Numbered from the stretch's first letter, positions 32,680 to 41,870 are shown. The stretch is DNA of 42,011 bases from an uncultured Candidatus Saccharibacteria bacterium (GCA_964348955.1 CAYGEN010000002.1:1-42011); one strand, 5' to 3'. Numbers and translations: made by a program. Notes: a model not told the origin generated them from the sequence alone.

Positions 32680-33471
32680 GTAGCAAGGTGTCACCTTGCT
32701 ACAATAAGCATTAAAGGTATAGTTAGTTAAAGGTATGGGAAACCGAGTGCCGTTTGCGCCAGATGAATGGTACCATTGTTATAGTCGTGGTGTTGAGAAA
32801 CGCCGCGTATTTGAAAACACCAGAGACTACCAACGTTTTATACAAACTCTATACTTAGCTAACAGCACCGAACCGATTCATCAAGACAACCTGCGTAAAT
32901 TCTCCCATGAAGAAATACTGAGCCAGCGGCGCGGCGACTTACTCGTTGCGGTCGGTGCATATTGCCTAATGCCAAACCATTTTCACTTACTATTGAAAGA
33001 GCTTGTAGATGGCGGGATTACACAGTTTATGCGTAAGGTAGGCACTGCCTATACTATGTATTTCAATATTAAAAATGAGCGTGTTGGTAATCTGTTCAAC
33101 AAACCATTTCGTTCAAAACATATCAATGACGATCGATATTTGAAGTGGGTGCCTCAATATTTACACCTTAATCCTGCTGAACTCTTCGAGCAAGGATGGA
33201 AAGAGGGCAAAGTAAAGAACTTCAAAAGTCTTACACAAAAACTGCGGCACTACCCATATAGCAGTTTTAGCGACTACTGCGGTATACAGCGTGTGGAAAG
33301 ATCAATTCTTCATGAGCCTTCGGTGGAAATGTTGAATGAGGATATGACTCCTGCCGCTAAACTCATTTCCAAAGCGCGTGGTTACTATCAAGAGCTTTCT
33401 TTGTGACAAAGTTATAGCTAGCGTTATAGTAAGGTAGCAAGGAGGAGAGGTAGCAAGGTGACACCTTGCTA
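32680..33471 (+). mobile_element. IS200/IS605-family (tnpA-only) element or REP/RAYT-like unit bounded by cognate hairpins
   Basis: Hairpins at 32680-32702 and 33451-33471 flank the Y1 transposase ORF. GC content is visibly lower than in the surrounding sequence. Confidence 0.7.
32735..33406 (+). CDS. tnpA: HUH-Y1 transposase (IS200-like / RAYT-like)
   Basis: 223 aa. The HUH motif is in YCLMPNHFHLLLKE. The catalytic Tyr region is QYLHLNPAE. Confidence 0.85.
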   Translation: MGNRVPFAPDEWYHCYSRGVEKRRVFENTRDYQRFIQTLYLANSTEPIHQDNLRKFSHEEILSQRRGDLLVAVGAYCLMPNHFHLLLKELVDGGITQFMRKVGTAYTMYFNIKNERVGNLFNKPFRSKHINDDRYLKWVPQYLHLNPAELFEQGWKEGKVKNFKSLTQKLRHYPYSSFSDYCGIQRVERSILHEPSVEMLNEDMTPAAKLISKARGYYQELSL

Positions 33472-33539
33472 TAGCGCCAGTTGCTTTTGTGCTGTGTGTC
33501 TGTGTGTTAAGCTAGAAAATATTAGCGGCGGGAATAACA

Positions 33540-34091
33540 ATGAAAAAGGGTATGAATCTATGGCACGATGTTGAGTTAGGCGAGCGCGTACCGGAAGAAT
33601 TCAATGCCATCATTGAAATTCCGCGAGGTTCGTCCAATAAGTATGAGGTTGACAAGAAAACCGGTCTCATTGCGCTTGACCGCGCCAACTACTCCTCGGC
33701 CCCCTTCCCGTTTGATTATGGATTCGCTCCCAAGACGCTCTGGGACGATGGCGACCCGCTTGATGTTATTGTCCTCACCACTTTTCCGCTCCACCCGGGC
33801 ATTCTCGTCTCCGTCCGCCCGGTCGGTCTCATGGAGATGATTGACTCCGGTGAATCGGACTTTAAGATTCTTACCGTTCCCGTCGCGGACAAGCGCTGGG
33901 AGGACACGAAAGAGTTGGGCGACATCAACAAGCACACTTTGAAAGAAATCCAGCATTTCTTTGAGACCTATAAAGAGCTCAAGGGCAAAGGAGATGTGGT
34001 GGAAGTACAGGGATTTAAAGACCGTGGCGCCGCGTGCGAAGCGATTAATAAATCCATTCAGCTGTACCGGCAAAAATTTCCTTTAATGTAA
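33540..34091 (+). CDS. ppa: Inorganic pyrophosphatase (family I)
   Basis: 183 aa with EIPRGSSNKYEVD, YGFAPKTLWDDGDPLDV and DFKILTV motifs. Confidence 0.95.
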   Translation: MKKGMNLWHDVELGERVPEEFNAIIEIPRGSSNKYEVDKKTGLIALDRANYSSAPFPFDYGFAPKTLWDDGDPLDVIVLTTFPLHPGILVSVRPVGLMEMIDSGESDFKILTVPVADKRWEDTKELGDINKHTLKEIQHFFETYKELKGKGDVVEVQGFKDRGAACEAINKSIQLYRQKFPLM

Positions 34092-34217
34092 GTGCGGCTT
34101 TAATATACGTACGGTTTGTGCACATGAAAATTTTGCGGCTGGTGTCTGCTATAGTATACTAATCGTTGAAAGGAGCGCGAAGAAAATTTTTTATTAATTA
34201 TCAATTTCTCATCTTGT

Positions 34218-34970
34218 ATGAATAACACTACTTTTACGCTTCGCTTGCGCGTAACGGTCGCTTGCGCGGCCGCACTCGCCGGAGTGCTGTTTGCAAACGT
34301 TGCCATTGCCGCGACGCACGAGGAAAGTGCGCAACCGCCATCGCCCACAACGGACGTCCGAGCACAGACGAAACCGCAAAGCGCACCGGGTATTCGGGCA
34401 CAGGACGTTCGAGTAAAAACGCAGGAAAAAAAGGCGGAAGTCCGGACGAATGTTCAAGAAAAAAGGGCTGAGGTAAAAGAAAAACTTGGGGACAAGAAGG
34501 AAGCGCGACAGGAAAAGCGCGCCGAGGTTGGACAGCGTCTTGAAAAGAAACAGGCGGAGCGCATTAAAAATTATGTTGGCCACGTGATTCAACGCCTTGA
34601 AGCCGCCATCACCCGCTTAACGCGAATCGCCGACCGCCTTGAGGAGCGTATCGTGAAGCTGGAAGCGGCAAAGTTGGATTTAAGCGAAGCGCGCAAACTG
34701 CTTGCCGTGGCGCGAACTGAAATAGAATCTGCGCGGCAGGTCATTGCCGGTATCCCTGCGGTGGTGGAAGCCATGGCGAGTTCAGATACCCCTAAAGACA
34801 ATTTCAATCAGGTGCGCGAGATTATAAACGGTGCAACCGCAAGTCTTAAAAATGCTCACCGAGCGGTAGTTCAAGCCATTGCGGCGACCAAGGCAAAAGG
34901 AGGAGTACGGGCGGACAGCGACAATGGCCAAGTGCCGGCGACCACGAACTCGGGAGATTCCAACCAGTAA
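34218..34970 (+). CDS. Secreted coiled-coil protein, hypothetical
   Basis: Signal-like LRVTVACAAALAGVLFANVAIA, then K/E/R/A-rich heptad sequence. Confidence 0.5.
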   Translation: MNNTTFTLRLRVTVACAAALAGVLFANVAIAATHEESAQPPSPTTDVRAQTKPQSAPGIRAQDVRVKTQEKKAEVRTNVQEKRAEVKEKLGDKKEARQEKRAEVGQRLEKKQAERIKNYVGHVIQRLEAAITRLTRIADRLEERIVKLEAAKLDLSEARKLLAVARTEIESARQVIAGIPAVVEAMASSDTPKDNFNQVREIINGATASLKNAHRAVVQAIAATKAKGGVRADSDNGQVPATTNSGDSNQ

Positions 34971-34998
34971 TAATTATTAGAAATAACTCATACCATCT

Positions 34999-35340
34999 AT
35001 GGAAGAAAACGAGCAAGTACGTTCGCAAGAACCGCAAGGCGACGCTCCTACTTTGAATAACGCCTCGCCCGCCACAGGCCACAAACCCATTGGCCCCGCC
35101 GTCGGTATTATTGTTATTATCGCCATTCTCTTACTCGGCGGAATCTACTTCTGGATGCAAGCGCGTGATGAGGTTCAGTACGGCGACCAACCATACACCG
35201 ATGCCCTCCCTGGGGCAGACTCCAAGGTGCAAGCGCTTCAACAGCAAAGTTCATCGGACAAGGTAAGCGACATTGAAGCGGACCTGCAATCAACCGACCT
35301 TGATAATCTTGACGCGGAACTAAATTCAGTAACATTTTAG
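34999..35340 (+). CDS. Small single-pass membrane protein, hypothetical
   Basis: 113 aa with one TM segment (IGPAVGIIVIIAILLLGGIYFW) and an acidic tail. Confidence 0.45.
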   Translation: MEENEQVRSQEPQGDAPTLNNASPATGHKPIGPAVGIIVIIAILLLGGIYFWMQARDEVQYGDQPYTDALPGADSKVQALQQQSSSDKVSDIEADLQSTDLDNLDAELNSVTF

Positions 35341-35370
35341 GAAACGCCTTACGGGTATGTAATGCCAAGC

Positions 35371-35400
35371 AAACCGCCGCGTGTTCACACGCGGCGGTTT
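35371..35400 (+). terminator. Intrinsic terminator
   Basis: aaaccgccgcgtg-ttca-cacgcggcggttt, a 13-bp perfect stem with a T-rich 3' side. Confidence 0.7.
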
Positions 35401-35444
35401 GACTTTCTTGCACTGCCTCACTACCCGAAGTACACTGGCCATTT

Positions 35445-36482
35445 ATGTACGAACATATCACCGTAACCGAACTGCCCGATTCTGAAATTGAACTAACGGG
35501 AGAAATTCCGCTTGCCGACGTCGCCCGCCACCATGCGCGCGCGCTTAGGGAAGTCAATGATTCGGCGAACATCCCCGGTTTTCGCAGAGGCCATGTGCCC
35601 GAGGACATACTCATCAGAAATGTTGGCGAAGCGCACATCATGGAGAAGACTGCAGAGTTTGCCTTTGCCGAGAGCTACCAAAAAATCATTGCCGAAAAAA
35701 ACCTCGCGGTCTTGGGGTCGCCGCACCTAACCATTACCAAGCTCGCGCACGGAAACCCCATCGGCTTTAAAATAAAAGTGGCTCTCTTCCCTTCTTTCAC
35801 ACTCCCCGATTACAAATCGCTCGCGAAAGACGCGCTTGTAAACACACGTGCAAAAAAGAAACCTGCGGATATTGATGTTTCGGATGCAGAGGTAGAACAA
35901 ATGCTTGCTCACTTCCGTCCGCCACTCGCGCCCGAAGAAGTCCCGAAAGGCGATGTCAAAGGAAAAGAACCGTCCCCGCTCACCGACGAGGATGTAAAGA
36001 AATTTGGGAACTTTAACGACCTTACCGATTTCAAAGCGCGCCTCAAGAGCGACCTGCTTGAGCAGAAGAAACGCAAAGCGCGAGAAGAGGTGCGCGGCGC
36101 CATTGCGGAGAGGATTATAGAAAAAACCAACCTGCCGCTTCCCCCCGTGCTCGTGGAAAGCGAACTAAAAAGAATGTTTGCGCAGTTTCAAGGCGACATT
36201 GAACGCATGGGCGTCTCCTTTGACGACTATCTGATAAAAATTAAAAAAACAAAAGAGGAGCTCGAAAAAGAGTGGCGTCCGAATGCCGAGAAGCGAGCCA
36301 AGATGCAACTCATCTGGCAAAAAATTGCCGAAGTTGAACACCTCGCACCGTCCCCCGAAGAAGTTGAGCTGGAGGTGAAACATTTCTTGGAACAGCACCA
36401 CGACATTAATCCCGCGAATGCTCGACCCTACATTACCGAACTCCTCCAAAACGAAAAAGTCTTCGCCTTTCTAGAATCATGA
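35445..36482 (+). CDS. tig: Trigger factor (short form, apparently without the PPIase domain)
   Basis: The ribosome-binding signature IPGFRRGHVP sits in the N-domain, and the C-terminal arm domain is present. It is only 345 aa. TACACT lies 8 nt upstream of the ATG. Confidence 0.85.
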   Translation: MYEHITVTELPDSEIELTGEIPLADVARHHARALREVNDSANIPGFRRGHVPEDILIRNVGEAHIMEKTAEFAFAESYQKIIAEKNLAVLGSPHLTITKLAHGNPIGFKIKVALFPSFTLPDYKSLAKDALVNTRAKKKPADIDVSDAEVEQMLAHFRPPLAPEEVPKGDVKGKEPSPLTDEDVKKFGNFNDLTDFKARLKSDLLEQKKRKAREEVRGAIAERIIEKTNLPLPPVLVESELKRMFAQFQGDIERMGVSFDDYLIKIKKTKEELEKEWRPNAEKRAKMQLIWQKIAEVEHLAPSPEEVELEVKHFLEQHHDINPANARPYITELLQNEKVFAFLES

Positions 36483-36577
36483 CGGACGTGATGAACGTCC
36501 GATGAACAATGGGTTTTTGAAAAAAGTGGACAGCTCGTGAAAAACTGTTACACTTCTGCCATTAACGTTGCAAAAAT

Positions 36578-37165
36578 ATGCTTATACCAACCGTCATTGA
36601 GAAATCGCAGTTCGGCGAGCGCGCATACGACATCTACTCGCGACTCCTGCGCGAGCGCATCATCTTCCTCGGCGGCCCCATTGAGGACGACACCGCAAAC
36701 ATCGTCATCGCCCAGCTTCTCTTTCTTGAATCCGAAGAGCCGAAAAAAGACATCTCCCTTTACATTAATTCCCCCGGCGGCTCGGTGACGGCAACGCTCG
36801 CCATGCTTGACACGATGAACCACATCAAACCCGATGTTTCTACGGTGTGCGTCGGCATCGCCGCCTCCGGTGCGGCAATACTTCTCTCGGCGGGAAAGAA
36901 AGGCAAGCGCTTCGCGCTCCCAAACGCCGAGGTGATGATTCATCAGCCCTGGGGCGCGGCACAAGGCCAAGCCACTGAAATTGAAATTACCGCAAAACAC
37001 ATTCTCTCGGTGCGCGACAAACTCAATAAAATCCTCTCAAAAAATACCGGCCAACCGCTCACGAAAATAGAGAACGACGTTGACCGCGACTTCTTCATGA
37101 GCGCGGAGGAAGCAAAAAAATACGGCATCGTTGACGAAATCTTTAAGAATGCCAAGAGCGTGTAG
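36578..37165 (+). CDS. clpP: ATP-dependent Clp protease proteolytic subunit
   Basis: The sequence starts with MLIPTVIE. The active-site serine context is GIAASGAA, and the catalytic-His region is MIHQP. Confidence 0.95.
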   Translation: MLIPTVIEKSQFGERAYDIYSRLLRERIIFLGGPIEDDTANIVIAQLLFLESEEPKKDISLYINSPGGSVTATLAMLDTMNHIKPDVSTVCVGIAASGAAILLSAGKKGKRFALPNAEVMIHQPWGAAQGQATEIEITAKHILSVRDKLNKILSKNTGQPLTKIENDVDRDFFMSAEEAKKYGIVDEIFKNAKSV

Positions 37166-37519
37166 GAGTGCTCATAGGTTTTCCGAGCGGCTCCGTCCAC
37201 TCACGATCCCTCACAAAAAAAGACCGTGAGGTGATATGTAAGTTTTTATCATGTGGCGCATTTCAAGGCTGAATTCGTCTTTATCCTGCGATGTATTGCA
37301 AAATAGGCTATGGTGGACAAATGAGAAGAGCTCTGGTATTGTGAGCAGGTACCCATATTGAACATTAATTTGAGGTGTCGCTTTTCACGAATCCTGCAGT
37401 AACTGTATGAACGGAAGTTTCACTCTATGCTACCCCTATCAACTAATGATATAGCGTTCGCCAGATCCGGTAACGTGGCCTAAAACTTTCAGACTGAAAG
37501 GCGGCATTTTCTTACGAAT

Positions 37520-39049
37520 ATGTCGCTTACCATTATTTTTATTTTACTCGGACTCACCGGCCTCGGCGGGGTCGCGTTTGGGTATTTCTTGCGTTGGATT
37601 ATTTCCCTCGGCAAACGCGGTTCCATGGAGCTTGAAATCAAGCAGATGATGCTTGAGGCAAAAGAGGGGGCAACGCGCATCACCGCCGAAGCAGAGAAGA
37701 AAGTGGAGGAATCGCTTGAGCACGCGCGCGCCGAGTTTAAGGAAAAAGAGGACGAGCTGAAACGCACCACGGAGCGATTGGTAAAGAAAGAGGAACTCCT
37801 GGACAATCGCCAGCGTGATATTGACAAAGAGGTTGAAAACATAAAAAGCCGCATTGTTGATATTCGGGAAGTTCGCGACAAAGCGCAGGCGCTCCTTGAA
37901 AAACGAGCCCGCGAACTTGAAAAGCTTGCCGGCATAACGCCCAAAGAAGCCAAAGAAGAATTGCTGGTCGTGCTAGAGCGGCAATTTGAGGAAGACCTGA
38001 TGGTTCGTATGCAGAAGCTTGAGGTGCATGGACAAGAAAAACTGGAGCAGAGGGCGCGCGAACTCCTGACGACGGTCGTCCATCGTCTCGGCAATTCCGT
38101 TGCGTCCGATGTTATGACCTCCACGGTCACGCTTCCCTCCGATGAAATCAAAGGGAAAATTATCGGCAAGGAAGGACGCAACATCAAAGCGTTTGAGCGC
38201 GCGACCGGTGTGGACGTCATCGTAGACGACACGCCGGGCTCCATCGCGCTCTCCTGTTTTGACCCGGTGCGCCGTCAAATCGCGCGCATCGCGCTTGAAA
38301 ACCTTATCATAGACGGGCGCATCCAGCCGGCAAAAATTGAAGAGTCGGTGCAGAAGGCAAAAGAAGAAATCAACAAAATAATCAAAGAAAAGGGTGAGCA
38401 AGCGGCCTACGAGTGCGGCATCTTTAACTTGGACCCCCGCATTATTTCCATCCTGGGACGGCTCCACTTCCGCACGAGCTACGGGCAAAATGTGCTCCAG
38501 CATTCTATTGAAATGGCGCATATTTCCGGCATGCTCGCCGAAGAGCTCGGCGCAAATGTTTCCGCCGCGAAAGCCGGCGCGCTCTTGCACGACATCGGCA
38601 AAGCGGTGGACCACGAAGTACAGGGCACGCATGTGGAAATCGGCCGCAGAATACTGCAGAAATTCGGCGCGAACGAAGATATCATAAAAGCGATGCAGTC
38701 GCATCACGAGGAATACCCCTACGAAAATATTGAGTCAATCATCGTGCAGGTCGCCGATGCCATTTCCGGCGGACGTCCGGGCGCGAGGCGCGATAGCGTA
38801 GAGAACTACTTGAAGCGCCTCGGTGAGCTTGAGGCAATAGCGACAAGCTTTGAGGGCGTTGAGAAGGTGTTCGCCATTCAAGCGGGGCGTGAAATCCGCA
38901 TATTTGTAACGCCGGATAAAATTTCCGATATTGAAGCGAAGCAATTGGCGCGCAACATCGCCCTTCGCGTTGAGAAAGAGCTCAAATACCCCGGAGAGAT
39001 AAAAGTGAATGTAATCCGCGAAACGCGGGCAATCGAATTTGCTCGATAA
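37520..39049 (+). CDS. rny: Ribonuclease Y
   Basis: 509 aa with an N-terminal TM segment, a coiled coil, KH (GKIIGKEGRNIKAFE) and HD (LLHDIGKAVDHE) domains. Confidence 0.95.
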   Translation: MSLTIIFILLGLTGLGGVAFGYFLRWIISLGKRGSMELEIKQMMLEAKEGATRITAEAEKKVEESLEHARAEFKEKEDELKRTTERLVKKEELLDNRQRDIDKEVENIKSRIVDIREVRDKAQALLEKRARELEKLAGITPKEAKEELLVVLERQFEEDLMVRMQKLEVHGQEKLEQRARELLTTVVHRLGNSVASDVMTSTVTLPSDEIKGKIIGKEGRNIKAFERATGVDVIVDDTPGSIALSCFDPVRRQIARIALENLIIDGRIQPAKIEESVQKAKEEINKIIKEKGEQAAYECGIFNLDPRIISILGRLHFRTSYGQNVLQHSIEMAHISGMLAEELGANVSAAKAGALLHDIGKAVDHEVQGTHVEIGRRILQKFGANEDIIKAMQSHHEEYPYENIESIIVQVADAISGGRPGARRDSVENYLKRLGELEAIATSFEGVEKVFAIQAGREIRIFVTPDKISDIEAKQLARNIALRVEKELKYPGEIKVNVIRETRAIEFAR

Positions 39050-39105
39050 TTGCCTTCCTGCAACAAACTGCAACGAAAATTAAACTACCAACTAAACTGC
39101 CAAGG

Positions 39106-39142
39106 TGTTCCTTAAGTTAAACGGTCGTAAGAACAAGGAACA
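39106..39142. repeat. 37-nt direct repeat A flanking the PaaX/Cas2-fold gene (3' side)
   Basis: tgttccttaagttaaacggtcgtaagaacaaggaaca. About 80 percent identical to 39852-39888. It is internally self-complementary (gtgttcctt/aaggaacac). Confidence 0.8.
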
Positions 39143-39212
39143 CTTTCTGTTCTGCATTTAATATTTAATTATTTAATCAAATGACCAACAGGTGGAGTGG
39201 AAGCCGTCCTGC

Positions 39213-39848
39213 TTAGTCTTCAGACAAATCAAAATGCCTACGTAATTCGCGGTCATTTTCAATCTCTTCAGCGACTATGTAGAGCATTCCCCGCCCGAGA
39301 CGAAGATCAGTTCTCAAGAATGTAAAGAAATCTTCGCAGGGATATGGATAGACCCATACACTGTCTTGAATCTTCATAAATCCTATTCCTGCAAGTTTGC
39401 TCCGTAGTTGGTCGCGGGTTCTTCGCCGTCGTTCCCACACATCAAAAATAACTATTCGCCATTTTTTATCCCAGCGCCTTGGTTTCTGGGGCAGAGCATG
39501 TTGTTCAGATTCAAGCAACTCCGCAAGTTGTTTCCCTTTTTGTGTAAGAAATAACGCGATCCCATTCCTTGATTCCTTTCTCTCAACAAGTCCTTTGACA
39601 ATGAGACGCGTAACTGATTGGCTAATACGGCGATTAAGTTTTGGTTTTGGACCAATAAATTTTTCAACATGCCGCAACAGCTGAAGAGCGTTTGGCCCGG
39701 CGGCGACCATGCCAAGTGCCGTTATGGCGAGCAGAGACCCGAGAACAATGGTCTGTATCTTTTCCCTCTTCGCTCGGCGAGCCACTCGCCTCTCCATTTT
39801 TTCTTTAGGACCTTCTTTGAAAGACTTGAAAGACTTGTTGGAAGTCAT
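39213..39848 (-). CDS. Membrane-anchored winged-helix protein with a Cas2-like/PaaX-C-like ferredoxin-fold C-terminal domain
   Basis: A TM segment (IVLGSLLAITALGMVAAG), a wHTH (ISQSVTRLIVKGLVERKESRNGIALFLTQKG), then WRIVIFDVWERRRRTRDQLRSKLAGIGFMKIQDSVWVYP. The fold call is an inference from the sequence pattern. Confidence 0.6.
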   Translation of the reverse strand: MTSNKSFKSFKEGPKEKMERRVARRAKREKIQTIVLGSLLAITALGMVAAGPNALQLLRHVEKFIGPKPKLNRRISQSVTRLIVKGLVERKESRNGIALFLTQKGKQLAELLESEQHALPQKPRRWDKKWRIVIFDVWERRRRTRDQLRSKLAGIGFMKIQDSVWVYPYPCEDFFTFLRTDLRLGRGMLYIVAEEIENDRELRRHFDLSED

Positions 39849-39851
39849 AGA

Positions 39852-39888
39852 TGTTCCTTAAGTATAACGGTCGTAAAGATAAGGAACA
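39852..39888. repeat. 37-nt direct repeat B (5' side; carries the TATACT -10 and an AAGGA SD of the gene)
   Basis: tgttccttaagtataacggtcgtaaagataaggaaca, ending 4 nt from the start codon. Confidence 0.8.
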
Positions 39889-39950
39889 GGTATGGAAACA
39901 CACCGATGTGGATAGGTGGATAGGAAGTTAGGAAGTGCAGTGGACACATA

Positions 39951-39977
39951 AAGAAAAACCACCCATTGACCGGGTGG
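39951..39977 (-). terminator. Intrinsic terminator of the 118-aa gene
   Basis: On the minus strand: ccaccc-ggtcaat-gggtgg followed by TTTTTCTTT. Confidence 0.6.
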
Positions 39978-40019
39978 CTGCTTATAATTTATATCCCGCG
40001 TATGCACCGCGATGGAGAG

Positions 40020-40376
40020 TTAATGAGGGGGAACGTGGATCTCGACTTCCGCCTCGGGGAACCTCCGTCGAAGGATTTCGATGGTCTTCAGCTTATCATC
40101 TTCGCCGAAGTCCATGCTGTAATCCCAGAGCATCATCGCGCCCCTGTAGCCGACGGAAAGTGTCCCGCCGCCTTCGCAGGTGACCTTGAGCTCCCCGGTC
40201 ATTTTCTGTAGTCCAGGCAAGAGGTCCCGGTGATACGAAGCGGAGAGATTATCGTTCCACATTATCCGTTTCGTCTTGCCCTCGGCATCTTCGAGAAGGA
40301 ACACGAGATACCGCACGTTGCGCTCTTTGCCGTCGAGTTCGATACTGAACTCGTTGATTTCGTCGAGATTGGTCAT
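40020..40376 (-). CDS. Hypothetical 118-aa protein, no recognisable family
   Basis: Clean ORF with its own terminator. Divergent from the TrmB-like gene across an AT-rich 204-nt spacer. Confidence 0.5.
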   Translation of the reverse strand: MTNLDEINEFSIELDGKERNVRYLVFLLEDAEGKTKRIMWNDNLSASYHRDLLPGLQKMTGELKVTCEGGGTLSVGYRGAMMLWDYSMDFGEDDKLKTIEILRRRFPEAEVEIHVPPH

Positions 40377-40580
40377 GTTGCCCTCCTAAGGCAATGGGCT
40401 CTCGGCCCGGGTTTCGATGAACTATCTGCACACAGTGTAGCAGAAATGCCATTGACAGTAAAATTTAGTATGGCCTAGAGTATTTTTTCTCCAAAATACC
40501 CTTATTTCTAAACAATTTATACACAATCCAATATGTCCAAAATACTTTACACATTGAAGTAATTTTGATACATTTCTTAC

Positions 40581-41408
40581 ATGGCTATCAAAAACAACCT
40601 TCAGGCGCTTGGACTATCCCGCAAGGAGGAAAAAGTGCTTTTGGCTCTGCGGGATGGAACAAATACGCCGCTACTCCTAAACCGAAAGACGGATGTTTCC
40701 CGCCCTGCCGTGTACGCCATCCTAAAAAATCTTAAAGAAAAGGGATTGGCCGACTATCGCACACACAATGGAAAGAAGTATTGGCAGATGTGCGACGAGC
40801 GGGAGATTGACCGAGCTATAGCCGACGCCAAACATACCTTGCTCAAGATTCCCGAGGGAAGCGAGGCAATACACGGGCTTTCTGATTCAACTGTTATCGT
40901 TCATCGCGGCGTAGAGGCCGTAAAAAATACAATGCTTACCTTGTTTAGCGGAAGTAGAGAAGAGCAATTCCTATGGGGCTTCCAAGGAGACACTGCGACC
41001 ATAGGATGGAATAAGACCTTCACCGTAGCCGAGACCAATCGTATCAATCGCGATATCAAGAAAAATGGCGTTATTACTGTAGCGCTTTTGCCCGATGGGT
41101 GGTTTGAAGACCAGACGCGAAAGCTTGGTATTGAGTGGGCGAAGGATTTTGAGGGCCGAACAACGCGAGTAAACGTCATTGATCCAAAATATTTCAAGCA
41201 CGGTGGACAGATGTGGGTTTTTAAGGGTTCGTTATATCTTTTTTCTCTTAATGAAGAGCTTATTGTAGAAATACGTAATTCAGAAATTCAGAAAATGATT
41301 CTCTCCATATTTGAATTCATGCAGGAAAACTCACATGCCATTGATGCAAATGAACTTTTGAGGAAATTGATGGCTGAAATGACATTAAAAAGTGATACCG
41401 GACGGTAG
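40581..41408 (+). CDS. TrmB-like winged-helix transcriptional regulator with an uncharacterised C-terminal domain
   Basis: N-terminus LGLSRKEEKVLLALRDGTNTPLLLNRKTDVSRPAVYAILKNLKEKGLA. Confidence 0.65.
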   Translation: MAIKNNLQALGLSRKEEKVLLALRDGTNTPLLLNRKTDVSRPAVYAILKNLKEKGLADYRTHNGKKYWQMCDEREIDRAIADAKHTLLKIPEGSEAIHGLSDSTVIVHRGVEAVKNTMLTLFSGSREEQFLWGFQGDTATIGWNKTFTVAETNRINRDIKKNGVITVALLPDGWFEDQTRKLGIEWAKDFEGRTTRVNVIDPKYFKHGGQMWVFKGSLYLFSLNEELIVEIRNSEIQKMILSIFEFMQENSHAIDANELLRKLMAEMTLKSDTGR

Positions 41409-41476
41409 TGTGAGGTATGACCACACCACACTCGCCATGCCCTGTATAGGGCATTTGGGGTGTCCCCATTTCCCTA

Positions 41477-41504
41477 TTGCGTAAAAAATGGCTCATCCTA
41501 TAAT
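41477..41504 (+). promoter_or_regulatory. Sigma70-like promoter upstream of hup
   Basis: TTGCGT (41477-41482), 16-nt spacer, TATAAT (41499-41504). Confidence 0.5.
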
Positions 41505-41582
41505 TAATTATGCTTCGGCAGAAGCCGGGCTTTGTGCGAAATTATCCGGTCGATTTTAATCAATTGCGTAACAACCCACACA

Positions 41583-41855
41583 ATGAATAAAGCGAGTATC
41601 GTTGATAAGGTTCATGAGGTGCTCGGTGACACCAAGGCGCAGGCAGAGCGTGTCGTTGACACCGTTATGGATTCAATCGTTAACGGCCTAAAGAAAGGCG
41701 ACGAAGTATCTATCGCAGGCCTCGGCATTTTCTCCACAAAAATGCGCCCCGCAAGGCAAGGCCGAAATCCGCGCACCGGTGAATCAATCCAGGTTCAGGC
41801 AATGCGCGTTCCCAAGTTTCGTCCTGCAAAAGCACTCAAAGAGGCAGTTAAATAA
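41583..41855 (+). CDS. hup: HU/IHF-family nucleoid-associated DNA-binding protein
   Basis: MNKASIVDKV...GLGIFSTKMRPARQGRNPRTGESIQVQAMRVPKFRPAKALK. Start at the internal ATG of ORF 41532..41855. Confidence 0.9.
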   Translation: MNKASIVDKVHEVLGDTKAQAERVVDTVMDSIVNGLKKGDEVSIAGLGIFSTKMRPARQGRNPRTGESIQVQAMRVPKFRPAKALKEAVK

Positions 41856-41870
41856 CTTCCTTTTCCCATT

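Noticed and set aside
39966-40478. Plus-strand ORFs 39935-40183, 39966-40211 and 40230-40478
   Set aside because: They are antisense to, or overlap, the better-supported 118-aa minus-strand gene, which has a matching terminator. Their products are Arg/Pro-rich shadow-frame sequence.
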